Assembly (NCBI GenBank): GCA_977020255.1 | Contig: CDROCS010000253.1 | Coordinates: 2,790,001-2,854,000, forward strand | Direction: 5' to 3' | DNA length: 64,000 nucleotides | DNA from: Obrimoposthia wandeli | Lineage: Eukaryota | Part shown: piece after piece, positions 1 through 9,630 of the stretch | How positions within the stretch are numbered: the stretch's first letter is position 1 | Layout of the letters: each line of letters starts with the position of its first letter | Made by a program: the position numbers and the translations under genes | The notes under the pieces: generated by a model | The model's database searches: none | Seen by the model: only the letters and a program-made list of their open reading frames with translations | What the model was told of the DNA's origin: nothing

Positions 1-146
1 AAAATATAACGACGTTTCTTAATTATAGGGTTAAGGCTATTTTTGTTTTTAGAGACTACTTTTAATAACACCGGATAAATAACATGGTGGTAAATAACTA
101 AAAATATTGCCATAGCGAACATCGTTATCATCATTATGTTTAACAT
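1..146 (-). CDS. Glycosyltransferase family 2 (SypQ-like), 5' fragment running off the window
   Basis: Manually translated: MLNIMMITMFAMAIFLVIYHHVIYPVLLKVV... The TM segment with YHH-x-x-YP is typical of SypQ-like GT2 N-termini. AAGGTGG RBS; overlaps the stop of the GT4 gene. Confidence 0.6.
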   Translation of the reverse strand, partial: MLNIMMITMFAMAIFLVIYHHVIYPVLLKVVSKNKNSLNPIIKKRRYI

Positions 147-1234
147 AGCTTCCACCTTAGATCAGATTGAGTTAATGAAACATATTGTTTAATCATTTTG
201 TCGATGGAACGTTCGCTTTCTATGAAATTTCTGGGTGAGTGATTACATTTCTGATTCAGCGAGCGTAGTAATGCTTGTGATAACAATACCGGGTTATTAG
301 GCTGCACAATAATCCCCGTTTTATTGCAAACGGCTTCTCTACAGCCGCCAACGTCAGTTAATACTGCTGGCACTCCACAGGCTTGAGCTTCCATAGGAGA
401 TAAAGGTAGGCCTTCGTTATTTGAGGAAAGGCAAAAAACATCAAGTAAAGGATAAAAGGTGGTCATATCATCTATGTGACCTAAAAAGAAAACCCGCTCT
501 TCTAAATTTAACTTAATAACCAGTGCTTTTAATTGTTGCTCTAAGCTGCCGGTTCCGGCGAGTAATAAACCAATATTACTCGGTAAATTGTGCAATGCTT
601 TGATTAATACATCATGCGCCTTTACTGACTCTAATCTAGCGGCACAACCAATAAACTTTAGCTCTGTCGGTAGGCTTGCTTGTTTGAGTAGCTTCTGTTT
701 GCTAACTGTCGAGGGTTTAAATTTATTGGTGTCAATACCATTAGGTATAACAATAGGATTCAAAGATGGCATTAAGCGGTTAACTTGTTCGGCAACAAAC
801 TTAGCGTCAGCGACATAGATAGGGCGAATCAAACCAATAAATAATTTTTGTAATAACCTTGGTTTAACATTAGCTAAGTGCCAGGCATCATGCTCGGTAT
901 GTATAATATTCGGAACGTTTGCCAGTCTTGCTGCGACACCACCATAAATTAATGGACCTATATGATGAGTATGTACATAGATAGGGTTCACTCTTTCGAA
1001 AAACTGTTTTAATTGAGTAAATATGTTGGCTTGCCATCCGGGCTTTTTGTCTAATACATGGATAAACGCTTTAAAACCATCAATATTATTCCAATAACAT
1101 TTAACATTATGCTTTTCTAAAGATATGATGTGTACATCAAAAAAGGGTTGTGCAGCACGTTGAAATTCTAATGCCAAACTTTCTATACCGCCTGGTTTTA
1201 AGTGTTGTACAACATGAACGATGACTGGTTTCAT
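140..1234 (-). CDS. Glycosyltransferase family 4 (SypH/SypI-like)
   Basis: GGIE N-terminal motif, HTEH, SSNNEGLPLSPMEAQACGVP (E-x7-E GT-B motif). Confidence 0.85.
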   Translation of the reverse strand: MKPVIVHVVQHLKPGGIESLALEFQRAAQPFFDVHIISLEKHNVKCYWNNIDGFKAFIHVLDKKPGWQANIFTQLKQFFERVNPIYVHTHHIGPLIYGGVAARLANVPNIIHTEHDAWHLANVKPRLLQKLFIGLIRPIYVADAKFVAEQVNRLMPSLNPIVIPNGIDTNKFKPSTVSKQKLLKQASLPTELKFIGCAARLESVKAHDVLIKALHNLPSNIGLLLAGTGSLEQQLKALVIKLNLEERVFFLGHIDDMTTFYPLLDVFCLSSNNEGLPLSPMEAQACGVPAVLTDVGGCREAVCNKTGIIVQPNNPVLLSQALLRSLNQKCNHSPRNFIESERSIDKMIKQYVSLTQSDLRWKLC

Positions 1235-2709
1235 AAGTGTTCTCCTGAGCTATTTATACTGTCAAAAGGCTTTGTGCCAATTTTGGGTAGACGTGTTATT
1301 ACTGGTGTTGAAGTGATTAATTCGAGCTGATATCTGGCGCGGATTGAGGTATCTGCTAACTCTGCAAATAAAGCTAAGCCACTGCCTAGTAATAGTCCGC
1401 CAATAATGCCAGCTAATAAAAATATCGAAAGTGGGGAGTTAGTCGGTGAACTAGGTTGGTATGGTTCGTCGATTATTTTGATTCTTTCCGGTTGTTCAAA
1501 TCGGCCAAGGGCTCCTGTTATTTTTGCTTTTTCATAACGATATAGTAAATCGCTATATAAACTGCGTTGCACTTTAAGATCTCTTTCTAGCGCTAGCAGC
1601 TGTCTTTCCATTTCACCTGTGCCAGCAAGTGAAGCTTTTAGTGTGGCCGTCTGTTTTTCTATGGAGTTAATTTCTTCTCTAATTTGTTCTACATGGCTGT
1701 CAGAAAGTTGTAATTCTTGTAATTGCGATACGAGTAATAAGTTTTGATTGTTATCAACTTCGCCATCTTGCATGCTACTGGCAATTTCCCATAAACGATT
1801 TAAGTCAACGTCGGTTATCTTGTATGATGTTTTGCTTTGTGATTCTCTTTCATCTTCAAGTTGTGATAATTTCCTAAGAGCTGTTTCTACTCTGCTATGT
1901 TGGTCAGTGTAGCGTGAGCGTAAAATCGCTAGTTCACTTTTGGTTTTCACTATGCTTTGCTCAATTTCACTCATTACGGGATCAACTTGAGCGAGCCGAG
2001 TACGAATTGTTCTTTTGGCTGCAATAGCACCTGACAATTCAATTTTTTTCTGTTCGATCAATATAGTTAGTTCACTGAAGCGATTACTGTTTGCACTGTA
2101 AAGTCTTGGTAATTGCTCAGCATTGTATTGTTTGAAATTAGCTAACCTCAGCTCTGCTTTTTGTAAATCGTCAGTTTTTAAGGATAATTGAGTGGTTAGA
2201 AATGATTCAGAGGCATCAATTGCTGATAATTCTGGCGCTAACAGTTTCTCTAAAAACCTTGCTCTAACCGCAACTAGGATGTCGACAATTTTTTCGGGTG
2301 AGTCGGTCTGATAAACAAGCTTTACCAGATCTTGACCGATTAACTTTACCTTAAGTGCTGCGGATAATTCCTTAACTAATTGATCCTTCTCAAAGTCGGT
2401 AGACTTGTCATCTATGAGCGCTAAATCTTGCGCGACATTAATGAGCGTATGTCGACTATGAAGTAAGGTATCTAAGGTGGTCATTCTATTTTCTAAATCA
2501 GTTGATACTGATAAGTCTTCAAGAAAAGGATTCATTTTGGCGCTTTCTTGTACCAATATCGTGGTGTGCGCTTGCCAAGTTCTTGGGGCAATAAAGCAAA
2601 CAATTACCGCAATAACGGGTAATGTTATTACTGGAAATAGTATTAAATAGCGATGACGCCATATCGCGGCCAAAATAAGATGGATATTTATAATTACTGA
2701 TGTGTTCAT
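1231..2709 (-). CDS. Polysaccharide chain-length determinant/export protein (GumC/Wzz-like, SypO-like)
   Basis: N-terminal TM, long coiled coil, IKIIDEP...P motif, C-terminal TM with AELADTSIR. Likely start MNTSV at 2709, just after the upstream stop. Confidence 0.8.
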   Translation of the reverse strand: MNTSVIINIHLILAAIWRHRYLILFPVITLPVIAVIVCFIAPRTWQAHTTILVQESAKMNPFLEDLSVSTDLENRMTTLDTLLHSRHTLINVAQDLALIDDKSTDFEKDQLVKELSAALKVKLIGQDLVKLVYQTDSPEKIVDILVAVRARFLEKLLAPELSAIDASESFLTTQLSLKTDDLQKAELRLANFKQYNAEQLPRLYSANSNRFSELTILIEQKKIELSGAIAAKRTIRTRLAQVDPVMSEIEQSIVKTKSELAILRSRYTDQHSRVETALRKLSQLEDERESQSKTSYKITDVDLNRLWEIASSMQDGEVDNNQNLLLVSQLQELQLSDSHVEQIREEINSIEKQTATLKASLAGTGEMERQLLALERDLKVQRSLYSDLLYRYEKAKITGALGRFEQPERIKIIDEPYQPSSPTNSPLSIFLLAGIIGGLLLGSGLALFAELADTSIRARYQLELITSTPVITRLPKIGTKPFDSINSSGEHL

Positions 2710-2710
2710 C

Positions 2711-3229
2711 TTAGGCACCAATAACTAAGTTGATAGTGTCAGTTGAGAGTTTAGGAGCAAACTTGATGGTGACTTGGTTATTAAAGTGACTTATATACAA
2801 ACGTAATGCTTCGGCCCGAGCTATCGAAAGCGCTAATTGGTCGAGACTATTTGTGCCTTTAGCAGGTGCAATGTTAATAATAAAGGTTCTATTTTTGTTC
2901 ACTACTAGACTGATAATTTTTATTTTATCATCGTAATTTAATTCTTTATTATGCAAATCATAGGCAAAGGTGTAACTTTGGCTGTTACTTTGCGTATTTA
3001 TTTGAGAGCCTTTTGGCGTGCTGTTATGTTCGACTACTTTTTGTGAGCTACGTAATGCTTGAATACTTGTTAAAACACTTTTATTAACTGCTCGGTAATT
3101 TTTTGCGCTATTTTCGGCGTTACCTTCTCGTTCGATTAATGCCACAGAGTCATTTATCGATGAAGAAACACAACCAGTACAGGTAAGTAGGGTAATGCCA
3201 AAAATGCAGTTTAACGGAAAAGTTTTCAT
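2711..3229 (-). CDS. Lipoprotein, possibly with a degenerate OmpA-like C-terminal domain (SypB-like position)
   Basis: Lipobox LTCTGC; LSIARAEAL resembles the OmpA-domain helix; first gene of the EPS operon. Confidence 0.5.
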   Translation of the reverse strand: MKTFPLNCIFGITLLTCTGCVSSSINDSVALIEREGNAENSAKNYRAVNKSVLTSIQALRSSQKVVEHNSTPKGSQINTQSNSQSYTFAYDLHNKELNYDDKIKIISLVVNKNRTFIINIAPAKGTNSLDQLALSIARAEALRLYISHFNNQVTIKFAPKLSTDTINLVIGA

Positions 3230-3267
3230 GTAATTTACCCTGATTTATTAATACTTACAGTAGTAAC

Positions 3268-3283
3268 TTCACATTACGTGCCA
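3268..3283 (-). promoter_or_regulatory. Possible sigma54 -24/-12 promoter of the EPS operon
   Basis: Minus strand TGGCACGTAATGTGAA: perfect -24 TGGCACG, but -12 reads GA instead of GC. Confidence 0.4.
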
Positions 3284-3354
3284 CAATTTTTGTTGTTGTT
3301 ATTTAAGGGGTTTTATTTATTTAAAAGGTATTAAAATAACTTTTATCTTACTTT

Positions 3355-3367
3355 TTGCGTTATGCAT
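3355..3367. promoter_or_regulatory. LuxO/SypG-like enhancer box candidate
   Basis: TTGCG-TTA-TGCAT, two mismatches to the LuxO consensus TTGCA-N3-TGCAA, about 70 bp upstream of the sigma54-like site. Confidence 0.3.
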
Positions 3368-3422
3368 TTTAAAATGCGACTAGGATATTGATTAGAAAGC
3401 TTTGATTTGCGGATAATGACAA

Positions 3423-3459
3423 GAGTACAAACTAACGATTAAGAAGTTAGTTTGTACTC
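3423..3459. repeat. Perfect 14-bp inverted repeat (terminator or stabilising hairpin)
   Basis: GAGTACAAACTAAC-9nt-GTTAGTTTGTACTC downstream of the 3524 lipoprotein gene. Confidence 0.6.
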
Positions 3460-3523
3460 GGGGTAAGATGAAAAAATACTATGTTTAGTTCTGCATTAGT
3501 TCTGTTTAGCTACGGCGATTTTA

Positions 3524-4003
3524 TTAAATGGCTATTTTCCAGTTATTGCCAGATTCAGCGATATTCCAATAAATAGTTATCGGTTGGGCACCATCTTCAA
3601 TCGGCCAAATTTGAGCAATAAGCACTAACTCTGCTGTACTTAAGGATAAAGTGAATGATTGTTCTTGAGGGGCGAGGGTTGCTCTTAATTTACAACTGTC
3701 ATAATTAATTTTAACCACATCATTTTCCTTGTCAAAATTGGTACATATATTAATAAAATAATTGATGGCTGTTGATGGGGAAGCCGGTAATATAACGTCT
3801 ACATCAGTGCCTGAGATAAAATTAAAACTAGCATCACTCCTTAAATCGCTTGTGCTACTGGTCTTTTTTGCCAAAATTACCACAGGAGAAGTCGTTTCAA
3901 CTGTTTCTTTTGGTGAGCTATCCTCTTCACCACCACCACAGCCAGTCAATGTTATCGCTATGATTAAATTTAATATGATGAGTGTCATTAAATTATTTTT
4001 CAT
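3524..4003 (-). CDS. Hypothetical lipoprotein, partner of the LruC-domain protein
   Basis: Lipobox LTGC followed by GGGEED; two further Cys; directly downstream of the LruC gene. Confidence 0.7.
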   Translation of the reverse strand: MKNNLMTLIILNLIIAITLTGCGGGEEDSSPKETVETTSPVVILAKKTSSTSDLRSDASFNFISGTDVDVILPASPSTAINYFINICTNFDKENDVVKINYDSCKLRATLAPQEQSFTLSLSTAELVLIAQIWPIEDGAQPITIYWNIAESGNNWKIAI

Positions 4004-4051
4004 TATGTGTACTCCTATTATTCGAATGTAGGTTTTATTAGCGTTTAGGTT

Positions 4052-6154
4052 TTAATAAAGTTTAGAATTAACCGCATTACTTTGAGAGAACCAACTGGTT
4101 TCTTTATTGCCATTACTTTCGACAAATATTTGAAAATTTGGATAGGCTTGTAATATATCAACCCTTTCAATGGGATGTCTCCACTCTTCTTGTGAACCAG
4201 GATTTATAGCCAATGCCCACGGTAAGCCGTTATGATTTTGATAGGTATTATCTTGATCGGTGTAAGTTGCTGATACCTGAGTTTTATCGTCAGCTACGCC
4301 GAACATACTAGAGTCTGCTTTAGATGTTGGTATTTTGTTTTTTAGATGAATTTCTAGCGCTCTACCAGGATGATAAAATAGATCGCCATGATAGGTTGCT
4401 GCTTGAGCAAATATAAACGGATTATAAGGAGCTTGTGGGAAATCATCTAGTGCAATAGGGGTGATAAAAGGTACGGTCACGCTAAAGGTCATTTGAGAAG
4501 TATTGCTACAATTAGCTTCAGTTTTATAGTAATTACACGTTTCAGTTAACTGAATGTGACGGCGTAAATCATCAGTTATGTTAATGACTAAGTATTGCGT
4601 ACCTTCTTCTATGGCACTTATTTCTTGCAACACACCATTAATTTCAAAGCGTACCAAGGTACTATCGACATTGCTGGGTAAAACATTATCTAATTGAATG
4701 GCAAACCCATTATGATAATCAGCGCCTAATGCTTTTAGTTCTCCCTGAAATTCAATTTGTTTTATCTCAAAAGCGTCAGTTAAGAGTAGTGATGAACGTT
4801 GTAACATAACGACGTCATTCATATCGTAGTCACCTTGCTCTGGCCAGCTATCTTCAAAAGCAATGTAGTAAGGTGTATCTTGAATTTGGCTATTGCCACT
4901 ATTCGTTACTAGCACTCTGTAATCTTCTACTTCGCCATCTGAAACACCACCACTAGCGACGATAGAAGGTATAGAGGTAAATCGTGCTCTAGTCCACGTA
5001 AAACCATTTAAAGCACTTATCGGAGTATTCACGAGAAACGTTTCAGTGGTGTTATCCATATATTTATCTGATATTAACTTTTCTTCCGGTGAAAATTGAC
5101 CGTCACGATTCCAGTCACCCCAGATATTTAGGTAGCCAGCCCCTGTTGCTTTGACTTCAATGAGACTATCACTGCCCGACAATAAAGGGGTGATGAAAGT
5201 GATGCCATCATCTTCATCTGTTTTGGGATAAACATTGGCATTATGCTCAGTGGTTATAGTGTTACCCAAGTAGATATTGCTAACACCGTGTCTTGCACCA
5301 TTATTAAATAGTGTCGTGCCATAACTGTCTGGGGCATCGCCGTAATCAGTTGTTGCAGCAATTGACTCATCAATAACAGGGGCAACGGCACAACGGGCGC
5401 CATCGTTTTGTGATGCACTAGGGCCATAGGCGAAAAATGTAGCTTGGGGAGTATTGTTTTCAACATCAATAATAAAGACAAAACCATCACTGTTACGGCT
5501 GATATAAAAGTTACCCTCAACATCAAAATAAACGGCGCCAAAAGTACCTTGCTCACCGACATTGCCTAAAATAGTGAAATCACCGTTTGAGACATTTATT
5601 TTATAGAGTTGACCATTCCTATCTACAGAGTAAGCAAAACCGTTATCAGGATGAAAAGCGAGGTCGAAAATTGTCAGTGATAAATTTTGACCATTAATTA
5701 CTTTAATAACTTTAAGATATTCGTTTGATTGCTCATCTAGGGAAACTTTATATAAGCCATAATCTAGCCCTTTTTTATAAAAGTAATAGTTGTTTTCGTT
5801 GAGCGCGATATCACCGACATAAAAATTTATTCCAGGGTTATCTATTAATGTCATTGGTGTCGCTTGATAGTCATTGCCAATACGTACTAGAGTGCCCCAT
5901 TCATATCCCCAACCATAAATGTAATTGTCATGAAAATTAAAACCAATAGCATTTATTTTATCATTAGTGCCTAAGGTATCTGATAATAATGAGTAATCAC
6001 CGGTAACTAGATTGACACCATAAAGTTGCGCTACTGCTTGTTGCATTAAAAATGCGTTTGAAGGACAGCTTTCGAAGGGCTCAGCATTTAAGGCCCCGTG
6101 AAAAATTATCAAACAAGCGAAAAAACAACCTTGTATATTTTTTGAAAGCAACAT
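4052..6154 (-). CDS. Secreted LruC/DUF4842-domain protein with GEVED domain
   Basis: Signal peptide, beta-propeller-like N-terminus, DYGDAPDSYGT, GEVEDY, and FEDSWPEQGDYDMNDVV (LruC motif). Confidence 0.8.
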   Translation of the reverse strand: MLLSKNIQGCFFACLIIFHGALNAEPFESCPSNAFLMQQAVAQLYGVNLVTGDYSLLSDTLGTNDKINAIGFNFHDNYIYGWGYEWGTLVRIGNDYQATPMTLIDNPGINFYVGDIALNENNYYFYKKGLDYGLYKVSLDEQSNEYLKVIKVINGQNLSLTIFDLAFHPDNGFAYSVDRNGQLYKINVSNGDFTILGNVGEQGTFGAVYFDVEGNFYISRNSDGFVFIIDVENNTPQATFFAYGPSASQNDGARCAVAPVIDESIAATTDYGDAPDSYGTTLFNNGARHGVSNIYLGNTITTEHNANVYPKTDEDDGITFITPLLSGSDSLIEVKATGAGYLNIWGDWNRDGQFSPEEKLISDKYMDNTTETFLVNTPISALNGFTWTRARFTSIPSIVASGGVSDGEVEDYRVLVTNSGNSQIQDTPYYIAFEDSWPEQGDYDMNDVVMLQRSSLLLTDAFEIKQIEFQGELKALGADYHNGFAIQLDNVLPSNVDSTLVRFEINGVLQEISAIEEGTQYLVINITDDLRRHIQLTETCNYYKTEANCSNTSQMTFSVTVPFITPIALDDFPQAPYNPFIFAQAATYHGDLFYHPGRALEIHLKNKIPTSKADSSMFGVADDKTQVSATYTDQDNTYQNHNGLPWALAINPGSQEEWRHPIERVDILQAYPNFQIFVESNGNKETSWFSQSNAVNSKLY

Positions 6155-6196
6155 AAAAACTCCTGACCATGTTTATTAATTATTTCTTAATAACAT

Positions 6197-6212
6197 TGCA
6201 AAGAGTGTTCCA
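6197..6212 (-). promoter_or_regulatory. sigma54 -24/-12 promoter of the LruC gene pair
   Basis: Minus strand TGGAACACTCTTTGCA (GG-N10-GC), about 40 bp upstream of the start codon. Confidence 0.7.
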
Positions 6213-6262
6213 GTTTATTTTGTTTTATTTATCAATTGGTTATTTTTTATGGATAGGTGCTA

Positions 6263-6275
6263 TCGCAAAATGCAA
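6263..6275. promoter_or_regulatory. LuxO/SypG-like enhancer box candidate
   Basis: TCGCA-AAA-TGCAA, one mismatch to TTGCA-N3-TGCAA, about 50 bp upstream of the sigma54 site. Confidence 0.4.
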
Positions 6276-6427
6276 AGCAATATACATAGTAGAAATAGAA
6301 TTAGCTTAATCGAATAGGGATATAAACAGAAAAGCATCTGCTTTTAGTGATTGTTGAGAGTACCCTGACAGCCAATCTCTTATAATCAAGCTCCGGTGAA
6401 CCAGAGCTATCAATTTTTAATGATTAT

Positions 6428-7885
6428 TTACCAATCGAGTTTTTTACGGTAGATAGTGGAAGGGCTCACTTCTAACATGGCTGCAGCTTTGGGAATATTA
6501 CCCTGACAATACAATATGGCGGCTTCAATGGCATCTTTTTCTACTTGCCAAAGTGGCTGGATCTCGGTGTTGATTTTTACATGGCTATTAGCGGTATTAT
6601 GAGGAGAACTAGCAATTGCAGTCGCTGGCAGAGTTGATATAGGTTGTATAGCGCTATAGTTTTTTACCGTAGTAGATAATGATTTTATGATCATTTTCGA
6701 TGTGATTTGCTCGCCATTATTTAAAATGACCATGCCATGAATTGTATTTTCTAATTGACGAATATTACCGGGCCAGTCATAAGCGCAAATTATTTGAATA
6801 GCGTTACGAGAGAACTTTTTAAACTGTTTTTTCTCTATTTTGCTATATTTTTTCAAAAAGAAACTAGCGATATGTACAAGATCCCCACCTCGCTCTCTTA
6901 ATGGGGGTAAAGCCATGGTAATAACATTAAGCCGATAATATAAATCTTCTCTAAACTCACCTTCAATTACTGCATTGCTAATAGAATTAGAAGACGCTGA
7001 AATAATTTGAGCATGAAATTTTAACACTTCATTTGTGCCTAAAGGGGAAAACTCTCGTTCTTGAACAACTCGTAATAGCTTGGCTTGCAATGGTTTGGAT
7101 AAGGTTGTTATTTCATCTAAAAACAAGCAACCTTGTTTCGCCGCAGAAAATAATCCTTCTTGATTTGATACGGCACCAGTGAATGCTCCCTTAGTGTGAC
7201 CAAAGAGCTGAGATTCGATTAAATTTTCAGTGAAATTAGCACAATTTACCGCGATAAATGGTTGATCTTTATGATAGCTTTCAGCGTGACAAGCTTTGGC
7301 CACTAACTCTTTACCTGTACCGGTTTCACCAGTAATGAAAATCGGTGCATTCGTACTTGAAGCTTGCTTGATACTGTCAAAAAGCTCATGCATGGCTTCA
7401 TCTTCAGCCACTATGCCGTGAAAGTTAATTAACCCGGTCAGTGGTATGTTGTCTTCATCACTTGGCACAACAGTAACAGCTACTTTTCTACTAAGTGCTT
7501 TATCGACAACAAACTTTAGCTCTTTATTTACCCAAGGTTTGCAAATGTACTTTTCGACAACGCCAGAGCTAAAAGCAGCTGAGACCAGGTCAAAGTCCTG
7601 ATAGGCAGATAATATGATTCGTTGAGAATTTGGCCAGCGTATTTTTATTTTCTCTAATAGTTCACAGCCATTCATGTCCGGCATCTGTTGATCAGAAATA
7701 ACGACATCAGGTTGATTAGTTTGACAATACTCGAGTGCCGCAATAGGGGACTGAAAATCAACAATATTAGCTTCAATACTATGTAAGGCTCTTTTTAACG
7801 CGTGTAATATATTGCTATCATCATCAACGAGTAATAAAGTCGGTAAAGACGAAGCGCTATTGTTATTTTCCATAATAAATGCCAA
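6428..7885 (-). CDS. sigma54-dependent response regulator (LuxO/SypG-like bacterial enhancer-binding protein)
   Basis: REC domain (VISDQQMP), Walker A GETGTGKE, intact GAFTGA, LuxO-like C-terminus PLWQVEKDAIE...EVSPSTIYRK. Confidence 0.9.
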   Translation of the reverse strand: MAFIMENNNSASSLPTLLLVDDDSNILHALKRALHSIEANIVDFQSPIAALEYCQTNQPDVVISDQQMPDMNGCELLEKIKIRWPNSQRIILSAYQDFDLVSAAFSSGVVEKYICKPWVNKELKFVVDKALSRKVAVTVVPSDEDNIPLTGLINFHGIVAEDEAMHELFDSIKQASSTNAPIFITGETGTGKELVAKACHAESYHKDQPFIAVNCANFTENLIESQLFGHTKGAFTGAVSNQEGLFSAAKQGCLFLDEITTLSKPLQAKLLRVVQEREFSPLGTNEVLKFHAQIISASSNSISNAVIEGEFREDLYYRLNVITMALPPLRERGGDLVHIASFFLKKYSKIEKKQFKKFSRNAIQIICAYDWPGNIRQLENTIHGMVILNNGEQITSKMIIKSLSTTVKNYSAIQPISTLPATAIASSPHNTANSHVKINTEIQPLWQVEKDAIEAAILYCQGNIPKAAAMLEVSPSTIYRKKLDW

Positions 7886-8024
7886 ATTGAAAATGTTTAT
7901 CTTTTAATCATACAAGATATTTACAATTTAATAGGAATTATTTGCACTTTACATACAAATACTTAGCTATAATTAACTGGATTAATTGTGTATATATTAA
8001 TGGCCGGTAACCAAGGAACAATAA

Positions 8025-9311
8025 ATGGACAAACCTTCATTACTAATACTTGATGATGAAAAGGAAGTACTCAACGCGTTAAACCGTGTTTTACGCAAAC
8101 ATTTTCACTTGTATTTATTTTCAGACGCGAATGAAGCCATTGGCTTTTACCAAGATAATCCTAATATACCTCTGATCCTTACTGATATGAGGATGCCTAT
8201 TATGGACGGGGCAACCTTCTTAGGAAAAATAGTTGGCATTAACTCTCATTGTAAACGGTTTTTATTGACGGGGCATGCAGATATTAATCTAACCGTGACA
8301 GCCGTTAATGAAGGGAGAATCACACACTATTTTTCAAAACCATGGGATAATGAGGAGCTAGTTTGTGAGCTTAAAAGTGCTTATGAACTGTATCTGAATG
8401 AACGAAAAACTAAGCAGTTATTGAAAGTTAATTTGGCTAAAAATGCAGAATTATCACTTGTTAATAGTTCACTTGAATTAGAAACCAATAAAAACCAACA
8501 AAAATTACAGCTTATTTCTACCCGAGAAGCAAATAGTTTTGGTCGTCTCAAAAAGACATTTTCAACCTTTATTGATATTTATGCAGAAACAATTTGTTTG
8601 CATACTCAAGATGTTTCTCGCCACAATTTCCGTGTTGCTGCCCATGCGAGGCTAATTGCAGAAAGGCATTCTTGCGATAAACTCACCACTTTTCAAATTT
8701 ATATTGCGGGCTTATTGTATGAAACAGGAAAGTTAGCACTTGAACAAACGTTGCTTAGCAAACCTTTTGAACTGTTGACGCAACATGAAAAAAACCTATA
8801 CAGTGGCTTTTATCAAAAAAGCTATGAGCTACTTAAGAGAATTGATGAACTTTCCTTTGTAGCCGAAATAATAAGAAATATTCCTGAAAATTATAATGGT
8901 AGTATTGCTCCTGAGCATCTAACGGCTGAAGAAATCCCACTAGGTTCAAGAATTATTGCCATCGTTTCAATGTATGATAATTTAGTCAATGGGCGTCAAT
9001 CGCAGATTCAAACAACAACGGTTGAAGCGAAACATCGTATTAAGGAATTAACTAAAACAGTGTTTGATCCGAGTTTAGTTAATCACTATTTAACCATATT
9101 AGAAGAACGGCCGAGTTCAAGTGAAGGTAAAGTAGATTATCTGCTAAATTGTCGTGATTTACGGGAAGGCATGGTGTTAATAAAAGATATTGTTAACACC
9201 GATAACAACTCAATGTTAACTAAAGGAACTAAGATAGAGCAGCATCATATTGATAGACTTCTTGAAATTGAAAAGGGCCAAAAAGAATACTTTCTTATTT
9301 ATGCGCGTTAA
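8025..9311 (+). CDS. Response regulator with a degenerate HD-GYP domain
   Basis: REC (LTDMRMP). HD-GYP-like fold with LLYETGK instead of LLHDIGK and IPENYNGSIAP instead of HHExxDGxGYP; EEIPLGSRII retained. Confidence 0.8.
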   Translation: MDKPSLLILDDEKEVLNALNRVLRKHFHLYLFSDANEAIGFYQDNPNIPLILTDMRMPIMDGATFLGKIVGINSHCKRFLLTGHADINLTVTAVNEGRITHYFSKPWDNEELVCELKSAYELYLNERKTKQLLKVNLAKNAELSLVNSSLELETNKNQQKLQLISTREANSFGRLKKTFSTFIDIYAETICLHTQDVSRHNFRVAAHARLIAERHSCDKLTTFQIYIAGLLYETGKLALEQTLLSKPFELLTQHEKNLYSGFYQKSYELLKRIDELSFVAEIIRNIPENYNGSIAPEHLTAEEIPLGSRIIAIVSMYDNLVNGRQSQIQTTTVEAKHRIKELTKTVFDPSLVNHYLTILEERPSSSEGKVDYLLNCRDLREGMVLIKDIVNTDNNSMLTKGTKIEQHHIDRLLEIEKGQKEYFLIYAR

Positions 9312-9402
9312 TGTTTGACGATGTATTAATGATTATCTTTTTCTTCATGGCATTCGAACACTAAGTATACGCATTGAGTGAAATAGCCGGATAACCATAT
9401 TT

Positions 9403-9471
9403 AATCCCAGTACCTTGAATTTTAATTACTCAAGCACTTTGAAAAATACATCTTGATTGGTAACGAGTATA
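9403..9471. repeat. Degenerate ERIC-like MITE remnant
   Basis: Right end ACATCTTGATTGGTAACGAGTATA resembles the GCATCTTCAAGTGGAACGGGTATA terminus of other copies. Confidence 0.35.
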
Positions 9472-9517
9472 TTAAGCAATATACTCTTATCTAACGCTAT
9501 TCTCCCCCGTAAACACT

Positions 9518-9526
9518 TGCTATAAT
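9518..9526 (+). promoter_or_regulatory. Extended -10 sigma70 promoter candidate for glnS
   Basis: TGCTATAAT matches TGnTATAAT, about 105 bp upstream of glnS. Confidence 0.5.
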
Positions 9527-9630
9527 ATTGCGTATCTTTGTGCGTAAAACGCACTTTATATCAAGCTTCATACCAAGCGGACCAATAAATTGATCCATTT
9601 GTATTAGGTTATTTTCAGAGGTTTATTTTC

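Noticed and set aside
6155-6427. Qrr-like sRNA next to the LuxO-like gene
   Set aside because: The sigma54 promoter points directly into the LruC CDS about 40 bp away, and no Qrr-like terminator or seed is visible.
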